This document shows positions 1-8,995 of a stretch of 15,515 bases of DNA, piece after piece. Within the stretch, counting starts at the first letter, position 1; every line of letters begins with the position of its first letter. The DNA is from Bacteroidetes bacterium GWA2_32_17. Lineage in GTDB: Bacteria; Bacteroidota; Bacteroidia; Bacteroidales; GWA2-32-17. Under the pieces are notes generated by a model. That model saw nothing but the letters and a program-made list of their open reading frames with translations, had not been told where the DNA came from and made no database searches. The DNA lies in contig MENF01000195.1 in NCBI GenBank assembly GCA_001769035.1, positions 1 to 15,515 on the forward strand, read 5' to 3'. Position numbers and translations under genes: made by a program.

Positions 1-3000
1 TATCTGCCGATTCTGTTGATACAATAAATGGTAAAGTTGATATTTGGTATGATAAAAGTGTAAATAATATTTTAGTAACACAGTCAGATATTAATAAACA
101 ACCTGTTTATTCCTCGATAAATTCTCAGATGAATAATCAACCATCAGTTTTTTTTGATGGTGTTGATGATTATATAAAAGGATCTTTTAGTAGTACATTA
201 TTTAATGATTCTATCACACTTTTTTTTGTACAAAAAATAATTACTTCATATAATTATTCAGGAAGTTTAGTATTCGTTAACAATATTAATTCAGTTGATA
301 ATAATTCGCCAGATAATCTGATAGCGTTTCTGGATATAAATGGCACAATGAGTGCCCATAGAAATAATAATTCTGTCTTATATCAAAGCAACTTTATTAC
401 TAATCCTGCAATTTATCAAATAACAACAGATGGTACTACATTAAAAACATACTTGAATAATGTTTTTGCTGATTCAATTAGTAGCGCAGGCGCTTTTGCC
501 TTTGACAATGCAATTGTCGGTTCAAGGTGGAATACAACTTCAATACTTCCAATGAACTGTGATATGTTTGAGATTATTTTATATAATAGGATTTTATCAT
601 CAACAGAACAAAATCAAATCATTCAATATCTGTATGACAAATATACCCCACCAGTTTATCTTGGTCCCGATATTTCAGCAAATAATTTTTGCGATACAAC
701 AATACATGCAGGAGTAAGATTTACAAATTACGCATGGACAAAAGCAGGAAGTAATGATACTCTTTCGGTTGATTCTACTTTAGCCGTTTCTTCATCTGGA
801 AATTATTCGGTTACTGTTACCGATATTTTTGGTTTTACTTCTACCGATTCAATTAATGTGATATTTCCGAATTTATCGGTTATAGATTCTACAATTTGTT
901 TTGGTGACACCATTAAACATGTTGTTATTCAGAGTGGTATAAGCTCCTTTGTGTGGTCAAACGGAGATACCGGAAATGTTTTTCAATCAACTGTTGGCGG
1001 GCAATTTACTGTTCAAATGACAGATAATTCAGGTTGTACTTTTAATGATACTTTTTATGTTTATATTGATAGCTTAAAATTACAATTAAGTTTAGGAAAC
1101 GACACTAATTTATGTTATGGGAATATTATTTCGCCAGTTAGTGGCAATAATTTAATTAATACAAGCTGGTGGGAGCCAACCAACGATACTGCATTGTTTA
1201 CAACTATTACTGATTCAGGCAATTATATTATTCACTCAATAAGTTATAATGGATGCACATCATCTGACACTATTTTTATTAATATGATTGGTATTGCACC
1301 TATTGTTGGATTTATTACAAGTAATGTTTGCGAAAAAAATATTACAATATTTACTGATACATCAACAACAATAGTTGGCGATTCATTAATTTCGTGGAAT
1401 TGGAATATTGCAAATTCTCCAGCATTAAATGATTCTGTGGTTTCTGTTACATTTGATTCGGCAGGAACTTTTCCTGTGTTATTAACTGTTTTATCTTCAA
1501 ATGGCTGTTCAAATACATTGCAGAGCCAGTTAGTTGTAAATCCATTGCCAGTTGTTAACTTTAGTGTTGGTGGAAATTGTCTTGGTGAAAACAGCTGTTT
1601 TACAAATTTAACTACGGTTACAGGGAGTTATACTTCATTATGGAGTTTTGGCGATGATAGCGTTTCAAGTATTTTAAATCCGACTCATGTTTTTCAAAAT
1701 CTTGGCTTTTATAATGTTAAGTTAATATCTACAAGTAATATTAGTTGCACCGATTCTATTACCAAAACAATTGAAATAAAACCAGCACCAACTGCAAACT
1801 TCGATTTTTCGCCAGCGTGTTTGGGTAATTCAACTTACTTTTTCGATTTAAGTGAGGCAATTCCAATTTTCTCAATTCAAGAATGGAAGTGGAATTTTGG
1901 TAGTGGAGACTCTTCTTCTTTTCAAAACCCAAACTACGTTTATAACTCAATAGGTCAGTTTAATGTGAAATTATATATCTGGACATCAAATGGTTGTGCC
2001 GACACTATTACTAAAATAGTTACAGTTTCGTCGCCACCAATGGCTGGTTTTATTGGTGATAGTGCTTGTGTTGGCACGCCCATAAATTTTATTGATACTT
2101 CATATATTTTATTTGGAAATATTAATAAATGGAACTGGGATTTTGGGAATGGCTTAACATCAGCAGATTCATCATCATACACAACATATAATAGTACAGG
2201 CGATTATATCGTTTCACTAACTGTTACATCTGATGTTGATTGTATTAACTCAACTTCTAAAATTATACCTGTATATTCAAATCCAACTGCCGATTTTGTA
2301 AGTTCTGTAAGCATTGGTCCGCCACCATTGGAGGTAAATTTTACGAACAATTCGTTAGATGCAATATATTATTACTGGAATTTTGGCGATAGTGGTCAGA
2401 GTCAGTTATATAGTCCTTTGCATATTTTTGCAGATACTGGCAATTATACTGTTTGGTTAAAAGTTCGAAATTCGCATGGATGTGTTGACTCCACAAACAA
2501 CGAAATAAAAGTAGTTCCGGAAATTTACGATTTAGCATTATTAAATTTAGAGACAACAATTAATAATGGCTATTTATCGGCAATAATTACAATTGCTAAT
2601 CAAGGAACAATGCCTATTTTAAATCCACAATTAGTTTTAAATACAAATAAAAACACTCCAATATTAGAAATTTATAAGGGAACAATACTTTCGGAAATAA
2701 AATATTATACTTTTGTTTCGCAAATACCAATTAACGAAAGTAATATGCCATCTTATGTTTGCGTTAAAGGTTCGTTGTCGAATGGTAAAACAGAAATAGA
2801 CAACACAAATAACGAAGCGTGCAAAGTGTTAATTCAAAATCAAACTTTACTTAGCTTATTTCCAAACCCAACTGATAACAAATTAAACATTAACTTAAAT
2901 ATTAAAGCTGCAGAAAATTCCAAACTCGAAATAATTGACAAAACAGGGAGAATAGTTTATTCAAATAACATTAACATGGTTGTTGGATTTAACCACATCG

Positions 3001-3092
3001 AAATAGATGTAAGTAGTTATTCTAAAGGAAAATACACATTACGTATAACAAACTCAGATGAAGAAATAAAAGCCGATTTTGTTAAGTATTAA
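1..3092 (+). CDS. 5'-partial T9SS cargo protein with a LamG-like domain, Ig-like and PKD repeats, a CARDB-like domain and a Por C-terminal sorting domain. The ORF is open from base 3 of the window, so the true start is upstream.
   Basis: The frame is open from nt 3 through the annotated ATG at 129. The motif FDGVDDYI is typical of LamG_3 (concanavalin-like) domains. Repeated W(N/S)FGDG-like PKD signatures appear (WSFGDDSVSS, WKWNFGSGDSS, WNWDFGNGLTS, YYWNFGDSGQS). The CARDB-like tail is ...EIDNTNNEACK. The terminal ~80 aa (LFPNPTDNKLNINL...YTLRIT...) match the T9SS C-terminal sorting domain pattern. Confidence 0.85.
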   Translation, partial: SADSVDTINGKVDIWYDKSVNNILVTQSDINKQPVYSSINSQMNNQPSVFFDGVDDYIKGSFSSTLFNDSITLFFVQKIITSYNYSGSLVFVNNINSVDNNSPDNLIAFLDINGTMSAHRNNNSVLYQSNFITNPAIYQITTDGTTLKTYLNNVFADSISSAGAFAFDNAIVGSRWNTTSILPMNCDMFEIILYNRILSSTEQNQIIQYLYDKYTPPVYLGPDISANNFCDTTIHAGVRFTNYAWTKAGSNDTLSVDSTLAVSSSGNYSVTVTDIFGFTSTDSINVIFPNLSVIDSTICFGDTIKHVVIQSGISSFVWSNGDTGNVFQSTVGGQFTVQMTDNSGCTFNDTFYVYIDSLKLQLSLGNDTNLCYGNIISPVSGNNLINTSWWEPTNDTALFTTITDSGNYIIHSISYNGCTSSDTIFINMIGIAPIVGFITSNVCEKNITIFTDTSTTIVGDSLISWNWNIANSPALNDSVVSVTFDSAGTFPVLLTVLSSNGCSNTLQSQLVVNPLPVVNFSVGGNCLGENSCFTNLTTVTGSYTSLWSFGDDSVSSILNPTHVFQNLGFYNVKLISTSNISCTDSITKTIEIKPAPTANFDFSPACLGNSTYFFDLSEAIPIFSIQEWKWNFGSGDSSSFQNPNYVYNSIGQFNVKLYIWTSNGCADTITKIVTVSSPPMAGFIGDSACVGTPINFIDTSYILFGNINKWNWDFGNGLTSADSSSYTTYNSTGDYIVSLTVTSDVDCINSTSKIIPVYSNPTADFVSSVSIGPPPLEVNFTNNSLDAIYYYWNFGDSGQSQLYSPLHIFADTGNYTVWLKVRNSHGCVDSTNNEIKVVPEIYDLALLNLETTINNGYLSAIITIANQGTMPILNPQLVLNTNKNTPILEIYKGTILSEIKYYTFVSQIPINESNMPSYVCVKGSLSNGKTEIDNTNNEACKVLIQNQTLLSLFPNPTDNKLNINLNIKAAENSKLEIIDKTGRIVYSNNINMVVGFNHIEIDVSSYSKGKYTLRITNSDEEIKADFVKY

Positions 3093-3260
3093 TGGTTGAG
3101 TTTCAAATAAAATAGGGACGATTTTAATCCTTAACTCCGCAAATTTTTTAAGTAATATCTAAATTCAATTTTTCAAGCAGAGATTGTACTGGTTTTGTTA
3201 TTTCGGCAAGATGCCAATTACCATTGATTTTAACTTTCTTAATTCGGTGAGTAAACTTTA

Positions 3261-3467
3261 AAAAATCAGTAACTGAGTATTTTTAATGAGTTTGTGGGCA
3301 ATTAACTGTTGGTAAATAAGGTAATAAAATTGCAATGCGATATGATTTACAAACATCCATCCTTCTATTGCGTCACCATTTTGTATATATGTTCTATCCG
3401 CATCAATAATATTTTTCATCGCATCAAACATGGTTTCTAAAGGGAATAAGGCATGACGGCTAATTGC
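3261..3467 (-). pseudogene. Degenerate C-terminal fragment of a DDE transposase (IS982/IS5-like). It is 69 codons long and bounded by stop codons on both sides.
   Basis: The minus-strand translation is AISRHALFPLETMFDAMKNIIDADRTYIQNGDAIEGWMFVNHIALQFYYLIYQQLIAHKLIKNTQLLIF. The E-x6-K (LETMFDAMK) is followed about 30 residues later by a His and then a hydrophobic helix, which resembles the catalytic-E region of IS982/IS5/IS4 transposases (IETVFSQLK...H..L..LIAYQL). An in-frame stop lies immediately upstream, so the gene is not intact. Confidence 0.35.
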
Positions 3468-3497
3468 TTATACCATATACCTTTATACCTTATAAAT
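3467..3497. repeat. Tandem TATACC/GGTATA(A/T) heptamer array. It is a half-copy of the palindromic element at 15278-15400.
   Basis: The sequence ttatacc-atatacc-tttatacc-ttataaatt lies directly next to the transposase remnant. Its reverse complement, aatttataaGGTATAAaGGTATAtGGTATAAg, aligns with aattagGGTATAAGGTATAAaaGGTATAAgg at 15305-15334. Confidence 0.4.
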
Positions 3498-3589
3498 TAA
3501 AAATATTGAAATTATGGAAAGATACTAAATAAATAACTTTCGATTATTAAAAAAAACAATTAAGTTTGTAAATTAATAATTTTAATTTT

Positions 3590-4180
3590 ATGTTCACAGA
3601 TTTTTCAGCTTGGTGGGACGCTCTTTTAACTGTCCAGAAGGTATATTGGATGATTGCTGTTCCATTTACACTTATTTTTGTTTTACAATTAATATTTTCA
3701 CTTATTGTTGGTGATACAGATCATGATGCTTCGGGAAATATAGATTCTGCAATTGATAGCGATCAAGGTATGCCCTTTCAGTTCTTTACACTAAAGAACA
3801 TGACAGCATTTTTTACAATTTTGGGGTGGAGTGGTATCGCATGTGTTAATGCTGGTTTAGGGAATGTGCTTATTGTTTTGATTTCTGTTTTATGCGGATT
3901 AATAATGATGGTTATTATGTCAAGCATTTTTTATTTTATGAGCAAATTAGTTGAAACAGGAAATCTTGATATTAAAAACGCTATTAATAAAACTGGTTCG
4001 GTTTATATTCCAATTCCTGCTTCGCGAAAGGGACAGGGAAAGATTCAAGTAAAGGTGCAAAGTGCTCTTCGTGAATTAGATGCAATTACAGATGAAACAG
4101 AAAACATTAAAACCGGAACAATTGTAATTGTAACAGAGGTTATTGATAATAATATTCTTGTCGTAAAAAATTATAAATAA
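3590..4180 (+). CDS. NfeD/YqiJ-like membrane protein with N-terminal transmembrane helices and a C-terminal OB-fold beta domain. It is the usual partner of an SPFH/flotillin protein.
   Basis: At least three predicted hydrophobic helices are followed by a short soluble beta-rich tail (GKIQVKVQSALRELDAITDE...GTIVIVTEVIDNNILVVK). The next gene, 36 bp downstream, is a flotillin, and the yqiJ-yqiK / nfeD-floT arrangement is a conserved gene pair. Confidence 0.7.
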   Translation: MFTDFSAWWDALLTVQKVYWMIAVPFTLIFVLQLIFSLIVGDTDHDASGNIDSAIDSDQGMPFQFFTLKNMTAFFTILGWSGIACVNAGLGNVLIVLISVLCGLIMMVIMSSIFYFMSKLVETGNLDIKNAINKTGSVYIPIPASRKGQGKIQVKVQSALRELDAITDETENIKTGTIVIVTEVIDNNILVVKNYK

Positions 4181-4204
4181 ATTATATAACATTAATCTAA
4201 ATAA

Positions 4205-4212
4205 AAAGGAGG
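4205..4212 (+). promoter_or_regulatory. Canonical Shine-Dalgarno sequence AAAGGAGG, 4 nt upstream of the flotillin ATG.
   Basis: The context is aaaaAGGAGGaaatATG. No other gene start in this window has an SD-like sequence. Confidence 0.4.
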
Positions 4213-4216
4213 AAAT

Positions 4217-5656
4217 ATGCCTATTGAATTAATTGTAATTATTTGTGCTGCTCTATTTGTTTTTATAATGATTGTATCCATTTTCAGAAGATACAAACGA
4301 TGCCCGTCCGACCGTATTTTAGTGGTTTATGGAAAAGTTGGCAAAAACACTCAGGAAGGTGGTCGTTCAGCAAAATGTATTCACGGAGGTGCTGCATTTA
4401 TCTGGCCGGTTTTTCAGGATTATCAGTTTCTCGATCTGACACCTATTTCTATAGAAGTAAATCTTACAAGTGCCTTAAGTAAACAGAATATCCGTGTGGA
4501 TGTTCCATCACGTTTTACTGTAGGGGTTTCAACAGAGTTTGGTATAATGGAGAATGCAGCTGAACGTTTACTCGGGCAGAAACAACAACAGATACATGAT
4601 TTGGCAAAAGATATTATTTTTGGTCAGTTAAGGTTAGTTGTTGCAACTATGGATATTGAGGAGATAAACAGTAATCGTGATAAATTTTTGGCAAACGTAT
4701 CATCAAATGTTGAAGCTGAGTTAAAAAAGATAGGTTTAAAGCTAATTAACGTTAACGTTACCGATATTAAAGATGAATCGGGTTATATTGAAGCTTTGGG
4801 TAAAGAAGCCGCTTCTAAAGCTATTAATGATGCGAAAAAAGTAGTTGCTGAGAAAAATCGTGATGGATTAGTAGGTGAAGCAAATGCTATGCAGGAACAA
4901 AGAATCAAGGTTGCTTCTGCCGATGCATCTGCTGTTGAAGGTGAAAACCTTGCTAAAATTACTATTGCAAATTCAGTTGCCGACCGTCGTGAAAAAGAAG
5001 CAGAAGCAAATCGTAAAGCTATTGCTGCCGAAAAAGTTAAAAGTGCAAAAGCACTCGAAGAAGCATATTCTGCCGAACAATCTGCCGAAACTGTCCGTGC
5101 TTTAAGAGATAAAGCTTCACAGGTGGCTAATGTTATTGTTCCGGCTGAAATTGAAAAACAAAAAGTAGAAATTGATGCAGAAGCAAAAGCTGAACAAACA
5201 CGCCGTATTGCCAAAGGTGATGGAGATGCTATCTTCTTTAAAATGGACGCTCAGGCACGTGGTATTTATGAGATTTTAACGAAACAATCAGAAGGTTTTG
5301 CGAAACTTGTAAAAGCTGCTAATAACAATTCACGCGATGCGGTTATGTTGATGATTGCAGATAAATTACCCGAATTAGTTAAATATCAGGTAGAAGCAAT
5401 TAAGAATTTGAAAATTGATAAAGTTACTGTTTGGGATAATGGTTCATCGAATAATGCCAATGGAAAATCTTCAACAGCAAATTTTCTTGCGGGAATGTTG
5501 GGTGCAATTCCTCCTTTCGAAGATTTGTTTAAAATGGCAGGCATGGAACTTCCCGATTATTTAAAAGGCAAACAACCTAAAACAGAAACAGTAGATGCAG
5601 TAGTTATGCCTCAGGAAACAAAAGAAGAAAATAAAAAAGAAACTGGCAAAAAATAA
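4217..5656 (+). CDS. Flotillin-like SPFH/band-7 protein (YqiK/FloT type) with an N-terminal membrane anchor, an SPFH domain and an Ala/Glu-rich coiled-coil 'flotillin' region.
   Basis: The N-terminal TM helix is IELIVIICAALFVFIMIVSIF. The SPFH-like block is RILVVYGKVGK...AFIWPVFQDYQFLDLTPISIEVNL...IRVDVPSRFTVGV. The long EA-repeat coiled coil is KEAEANRKAIAAEKVKSAKALEEAYSAEQSAE. The gene is adjacent to the NfeD gene. Confidence 0.85.
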   Translation: MPIELIVIICAALFVFIMIVSIFRRYKRCPSDRILVVYGKVGKNTQEGGRSAKCIHGGAAFIWPVFQDYQFLDLTPISIEVNLTSALSKQNIRVDVPSRFTVGVSTEFGIMENAAERLLGQKQQQIHDLAKDIIFGQLRLVVATMDIEEINSNRDKFLANVSSNVEAELKKIGLKLINVNVTDIKDESGYIEALGKEAASKAINDAKKVVAEKNRDGLVGEANAMQEQRIKVASADASAVEGENLAKITIANSVADRREKEAEANRKAIAAEKVKSAKALEEAYSAEQSAETVRALRDKASQVANVIVPAEIEKQKVEIDAEAKAEQTRRIAKGDGDAIFFKMDAQARGIYEILTKQSEGFAKLVKAANNNSRDAVMLMIADKLPELVKYQVEAIKNLKIDKVTVWDNGSSNNANGKSSTANFLAGMLGAIPPFEDLFKMAGMELPDYLKGKQPKTETVDAVVMPQETKEENKKETGKK

Positions 5657-5799
5657 TTTTTGAATAGCCTTTTATTTAGGGCGACACCTGTTTAATATTT
5701 TACAATTCGAGTTATTAAACGTTAAGTTTGATAAGTTTTGAGTTTACATCAAATAATTCTATTTATTAATATTAGTTTTGAAGTGAAATTTCAAAATCA

Positions 5800-8592
5800 A
5801 TGAATAAAATTGTTCGGAACATTATATTTCTTTTGTTAGCATTAATAATTATTTCTGGCTCGGTAATAGGTTACTTTTATTTTAACAAAGAAGAGATTGT
5901 AGTAACTCAACTTTTAAAAGCTGTACCAACCGATGCCGCATTGGTTATTGAGTGTAAAAATGTAAATATTTTATTTAACAATGTACAGAATAAAAGTAAT
6001 GTTTGGCAATTACTTACACAAGTTCCTGAAATCTCAAAACTTAATAAACAAGTTTCGTGGTTAGCTCGTTTGTTTTCTCATTCAAAAGAACTTAACACTG
6101 TTTCGGCAAAGGGTCCGTTAATTATTTCGGTTCATTTATCGGGTAAAAAAAGATACGAAGTGCTTTATTTAATGAACTTTGGCTCATTTATTTCAGAAGA
6201 AAAAGTAAATGCTTTTTTAAAAAGTGAATTTGGTGATTCAATAAAAATAAGTGAACGTTCTTATAACAATGTTCAATTACACGAAACCGGATTGCCCGAA
6301 AATTGTAACATTAATCACTTCTATTGGGGAATGCCTAAGGGCGTATTTGTGTTTAGCGAATCGTCAATGCTTGTTGAAGCAGCTATTCTTCAGTTACAAT
6401 CCGATTACACGTTGTTAAATAATCCGGGATTTCGCAAAGTTCAGGAAACCTCAGGAAAAAATGTTGATGGTAATATTTATTTAAACAATAAAATTTTTCC
6501 TAAGCTTGCAGCTTTTCATCTTGCACCAAACTATCAGAAAAGTATTACATCACTTACAAATTTTGCCGATTGGAGCGAAATAGATTTTCATGTTAAACCC
6601 GATATGTTTATGTTTAACGGATTTACTTACCCGGGCGATTCAATTGTGAATTATATGAATATTTTTTTGCGTCAGGCGCCTCAAAAATTTGAAGCGGCAA
6701 ATGTGCTTCCGAGCAATGTGTATTCTTATGTCTTTTTAGGAATTAGTAATTTTAAAGATTATTTAACAGACTACAAAACTTATTTGGAATCGAGTGGAAA
6801 AATAAACGAATACAATACTCAAATTAACATACTTAAAAAACAATATCTGATAGATGCAGAAGGATTGTTTAATAATATTATTGATGGTGAAGTTGTTATG
6901 GCTTTTGCAGATAATCAGCAATCAGCAACCGACTCATTAAAATCGGAATATTTATTTATTAAAACAAAGAGCAGAAGTCAAACTGAGGAAGGAATGAATG
7001 CACTAATTTCAAATATCGCCCAAATTCAACATCGCGAGCCGGAGTCGTACAAATTTAATTGTGTGATAGATGCAGAGACTTCCTATCCTGCTTATTCGTT
7101 GCCAATAAAGCAATTAGGTGATTTGTTTTTTGGAAAAATATTTAACCGTGTCCCTACAACATATTTCACTTATTTAGATAATTACCTTGTGTTTAGCTCG
7201 TCTAAAGTTGCATTAACAGAGCTTCATCATTCGTATTTGCTTAAAAAAACATTAGCAAACGATGAGTTTTATAATAATTATACCAAAAATCTTGATTCAA
7301 AAAGCAATTTTTTATTTTACATTGATTTATCACGGGCTAAAGAATTTGTTTCGGGATTTTTAAATAAACAACTTGCAGAAATATTTAATACGAATTATGA
7401 TGTATTTAGTCGCCTCGATGGTATTTCGTGCCAAATGAATGTTTCGCGTAATATGATTTATAATAGTATAATTTTCAAATTTAATCCCGAAATAAAACAA
7501 AGAACACATACAGTTTGGGAAAGCCGTTTAGATTCTACAATATCACAAAAACCATATTTTCTGCTCAATCATATAACAAATGAAAAGGAAATTTTTGTTC
7601 AGGATGATGGGCGAACAATCTATCTTATAAATAGCACAGGAAGAATACTTTGGAAAAATAATATTTCTGAAAATATTTTAAGCGAAGTTTATCAGGTTGA
7701 TGTGATAAAAAACAAAAAGCTACAATATCTTTTTAATACTCGCAATTATATTTATTTGGTTGACCGCAATGGCGATGCTTTTGAGCATTTTCCTATAAAA
7801 TTAAAAGCTCCCGCAACAAATGGCATAAGTATTACAAATGTGGACAAAAAAGGAAAATTTCAAATATTTGTTGCATGTTCAGATAAAAATGTATATTGTT
7901 ATAATATTGATGGAACTCTTGTAAAAGATTGGAAATTTGAACAAACCGATAATTTTGTTTACCAACCAATACAAGCAATAACAGTAAAAGATAAAGATTA
8001 TGTGGTTTTTGCCGATACGCTTAAAATATATATTCTTGACCGTAAAGGCAAAGAAATTGTTAAGTTGAAAGAATACATAGCACGAAGTCGCGAAAGTCGT
8101 ATGTTTTTTGAATCAAAAAATCCAGAAACAGCGGATAGGCTTGTAACCGATGCAGTTGATGGAACTATTTATTATATTTATTTCGATGGAAGCATTAAAA
8201 AGAAATCGTTTGGCGAATTTTCGAATAATCATTACTTTGAATTTAAAGATATTGATGTTGATGGTTATTGCGATTATATTTTTGTTGACGAAGATGAACT
8301 TACCATTTATAACAAGTTAAAAAGGAAAATGTGTTCGTATGAATTTTCCGATAACCCAACATATCGCCCAGTATTTTACGAATTTCCAGGAGGCAACAGA
8401 AATAAAATAGGTATTGTTTGTGGAACCGAAAACAAATTGTACATGATTGATTTAGAAGGTAATCAACCCAAAGGATTTCCGCTTGAAGGTTGTACTCCAT
8501 TTAGTATAAGTCATTTTGAAGCCGGAAAACGTAATTATAACCTAATTGTTGGGAGCAAAGATGGCTTTTTGTATAATTATGAAGTTTATTAA
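5800..8592 (+). CDS. Uncharacterized 930-aa protein with an N-terminal signal-anchor, a large unknown domain and a C-terminal PQQ/BamB-like beta-propeller repeat region.
   Basis: It is a long clean ORF with coding-like composition. The N-terminal hydrophobic segment is IIFLLLALIIISGSVIGYFYF. The C-terminal third has repeated blade-like strands (IYLINSTGRILW, IYLVDRNGDAFEHFP, VYCYNIDGTLVKDWKF, IYILDRKGKEI, LYMIDLEGNQPKGFP, GFLYNYEVY). Confidence 0.7.
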   Translation: MNKIVRNIIFLLLALIIISGSVIGYFYFNKEEIVVTQLLKAVPTDAALVIECKNVNILFNNVQNKSNVWQLLTQVPEISKLNKQVSWLARLFSHSKELNTVSAKGPLIISVHLSGKKRYEVLYLMNFGSFISEEKVNAFLKSEFGDSIKISERSYNNVQLHETGLPENCNINHFYWGMPKGVFVFSESSMLVEAAILQLQSDYTLLNNPGFRKVQETSGKNVDGNIYLNNKIFPKLAAFHLAPNYQKSITSLTNFADWSEIDFHVKPDMFMFNGFTYPGDSIVNYMNIFLRQAPQKFEAANVLPSNVYSYVFLGISNFKDYLTDYKTYLESSGKINEYNTQINILKKQYLIDAEGLFNNIIDGEVVMAFADNQQSATDSLKSEYLFIKTKSRSQTEEGMNALISNIAQIQHREPESYKFNCVIDAETSYPAYSLPIKQLGDLFFGKIFNRVPTTYFTYLDNYLVFSSSKVALTELHHSYLLKKTLANDEFYNNYTKNLDSKSNFLFYIDLSRAKEFVSGFLNKQLAEIFNTNYDVFSRLDGISCQMNVSRNMIYNSIIFKFNPEIKQRTHTVWESRLDSTISQKPYFLLNHITNEKEIFVQDDGRTIYLINSTGRILWKNNISENILSEVYQVDVIKNKKLQYLFNTRNYIYLVDRNGDAFEHFPIKLKAPATNGISITNVDKKGKFQIFVACSDKNVYCYNIDGTLVKDWKFEQTDNFVYQPIQAITVKDKDYVVFADTLKIYILDRKGKEIVKLKEYIARSRESRMFFESKNPETADRLVTDAVDGTIYYIYFDGSIKKKSFGEFSNNHYFEFKDIDVDGYCDYIFVDEDELTIYNKLKRKMCSYEFSDNPTYRPVFYEFPGGNRNKIGIVCGTENKLYMIDLEGNQPKGFPLEGCTPFSISHFEAGKRNYNLIVGSKDGFLYNYEVY

Positions 8593-8931
8593 AAAAATAA
8601 TCTCTTTGCACCCGTAATGATACAAATATTCTTGAGTTTGACACCTCAGAAGGCTATCTTTCATAAAACCAGATATATAACAAATTGGTTTTCGCACTAC
8701 ACCCTTTAGTTTTCAAGTGAGTTACCTTTTGACATCTTTAGCCCACTGGGCTGGCTCGTGACTTCACAATTTTTTTTATAAGTACTGGTTAGTGTCTGCT
8801 GAAAAAGTCAATCCGATATCGAATGTGGAGCTATAGCCCAATGTCATTAAATTAAACGATTGAGTTTTAATAATGTCGTACCGGAGTTTATCCCGAAGAA
8901 AGAGGGAGTACTTTAAATAAATTGATAAATT

Positions 8932-8964
8932 TTTTGTATATCAGCAACCTTTTGTTTACTTTTG
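8932..8964 (+). promoter_or_regulatory. Putative Bacteroidetes sigma-A promoter for the SprB-repeat gene, with -33 TTTG and -7 TAnnTTTG.
   Basis: TTTG lies at 8932-8935, followed by a 21-bp spacer and TACTTTTG at 8957-8964, about 30 nt upstream of the ATG at 8996. Confidence 0.3.
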
Positions 8965-8995
8965 AAGTCATATTAAAAATCAAAATCTATTTATT

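Noticed and set aside
1759-2559. Three short minus-strand ORFs (1759-1950, 1955-2182, 2341-2559) inside the first cargo gene
   Set aside because: They are embedded antisense in a long, well-supported + strand CDS with recognisable PKD domains. They have low-complexity translations and no independent signals.
4243-5105. Additional same-strand or alternative-frame ORFs inside the flotillin gene (4243-4482, 4875-5105)
   Set aside because: They lie out of frame within a confidently identified SPFH/flotillin CDS, and the 4875-5105 translation is Lys/Leu low-complexity.
4783-5214. 143-aa minus-strand ORF (Ala/Ser-rich) inside the flotillin gene
   Set aside because: It is antisense to the Ala/Glu-rich coiled-coil coding region (GCN/GAA codons read in reverse), which is a classic shadow ORF. 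The flotillin frame is clearly the real one.
8826-8860. tRNA or tmRNA on the minus strand (GGGCTATAGCTCC... resembles a tRNA 5' end)
   Set aside because: No D-arm (AGCTCAG..GGTAGAGC) or T-arm (GGTTCGAATCC) follows. No CCA-proximal acceptor complement is present. Nothing resembling a tmRNA tRNA-like 3' domain lies downstream.
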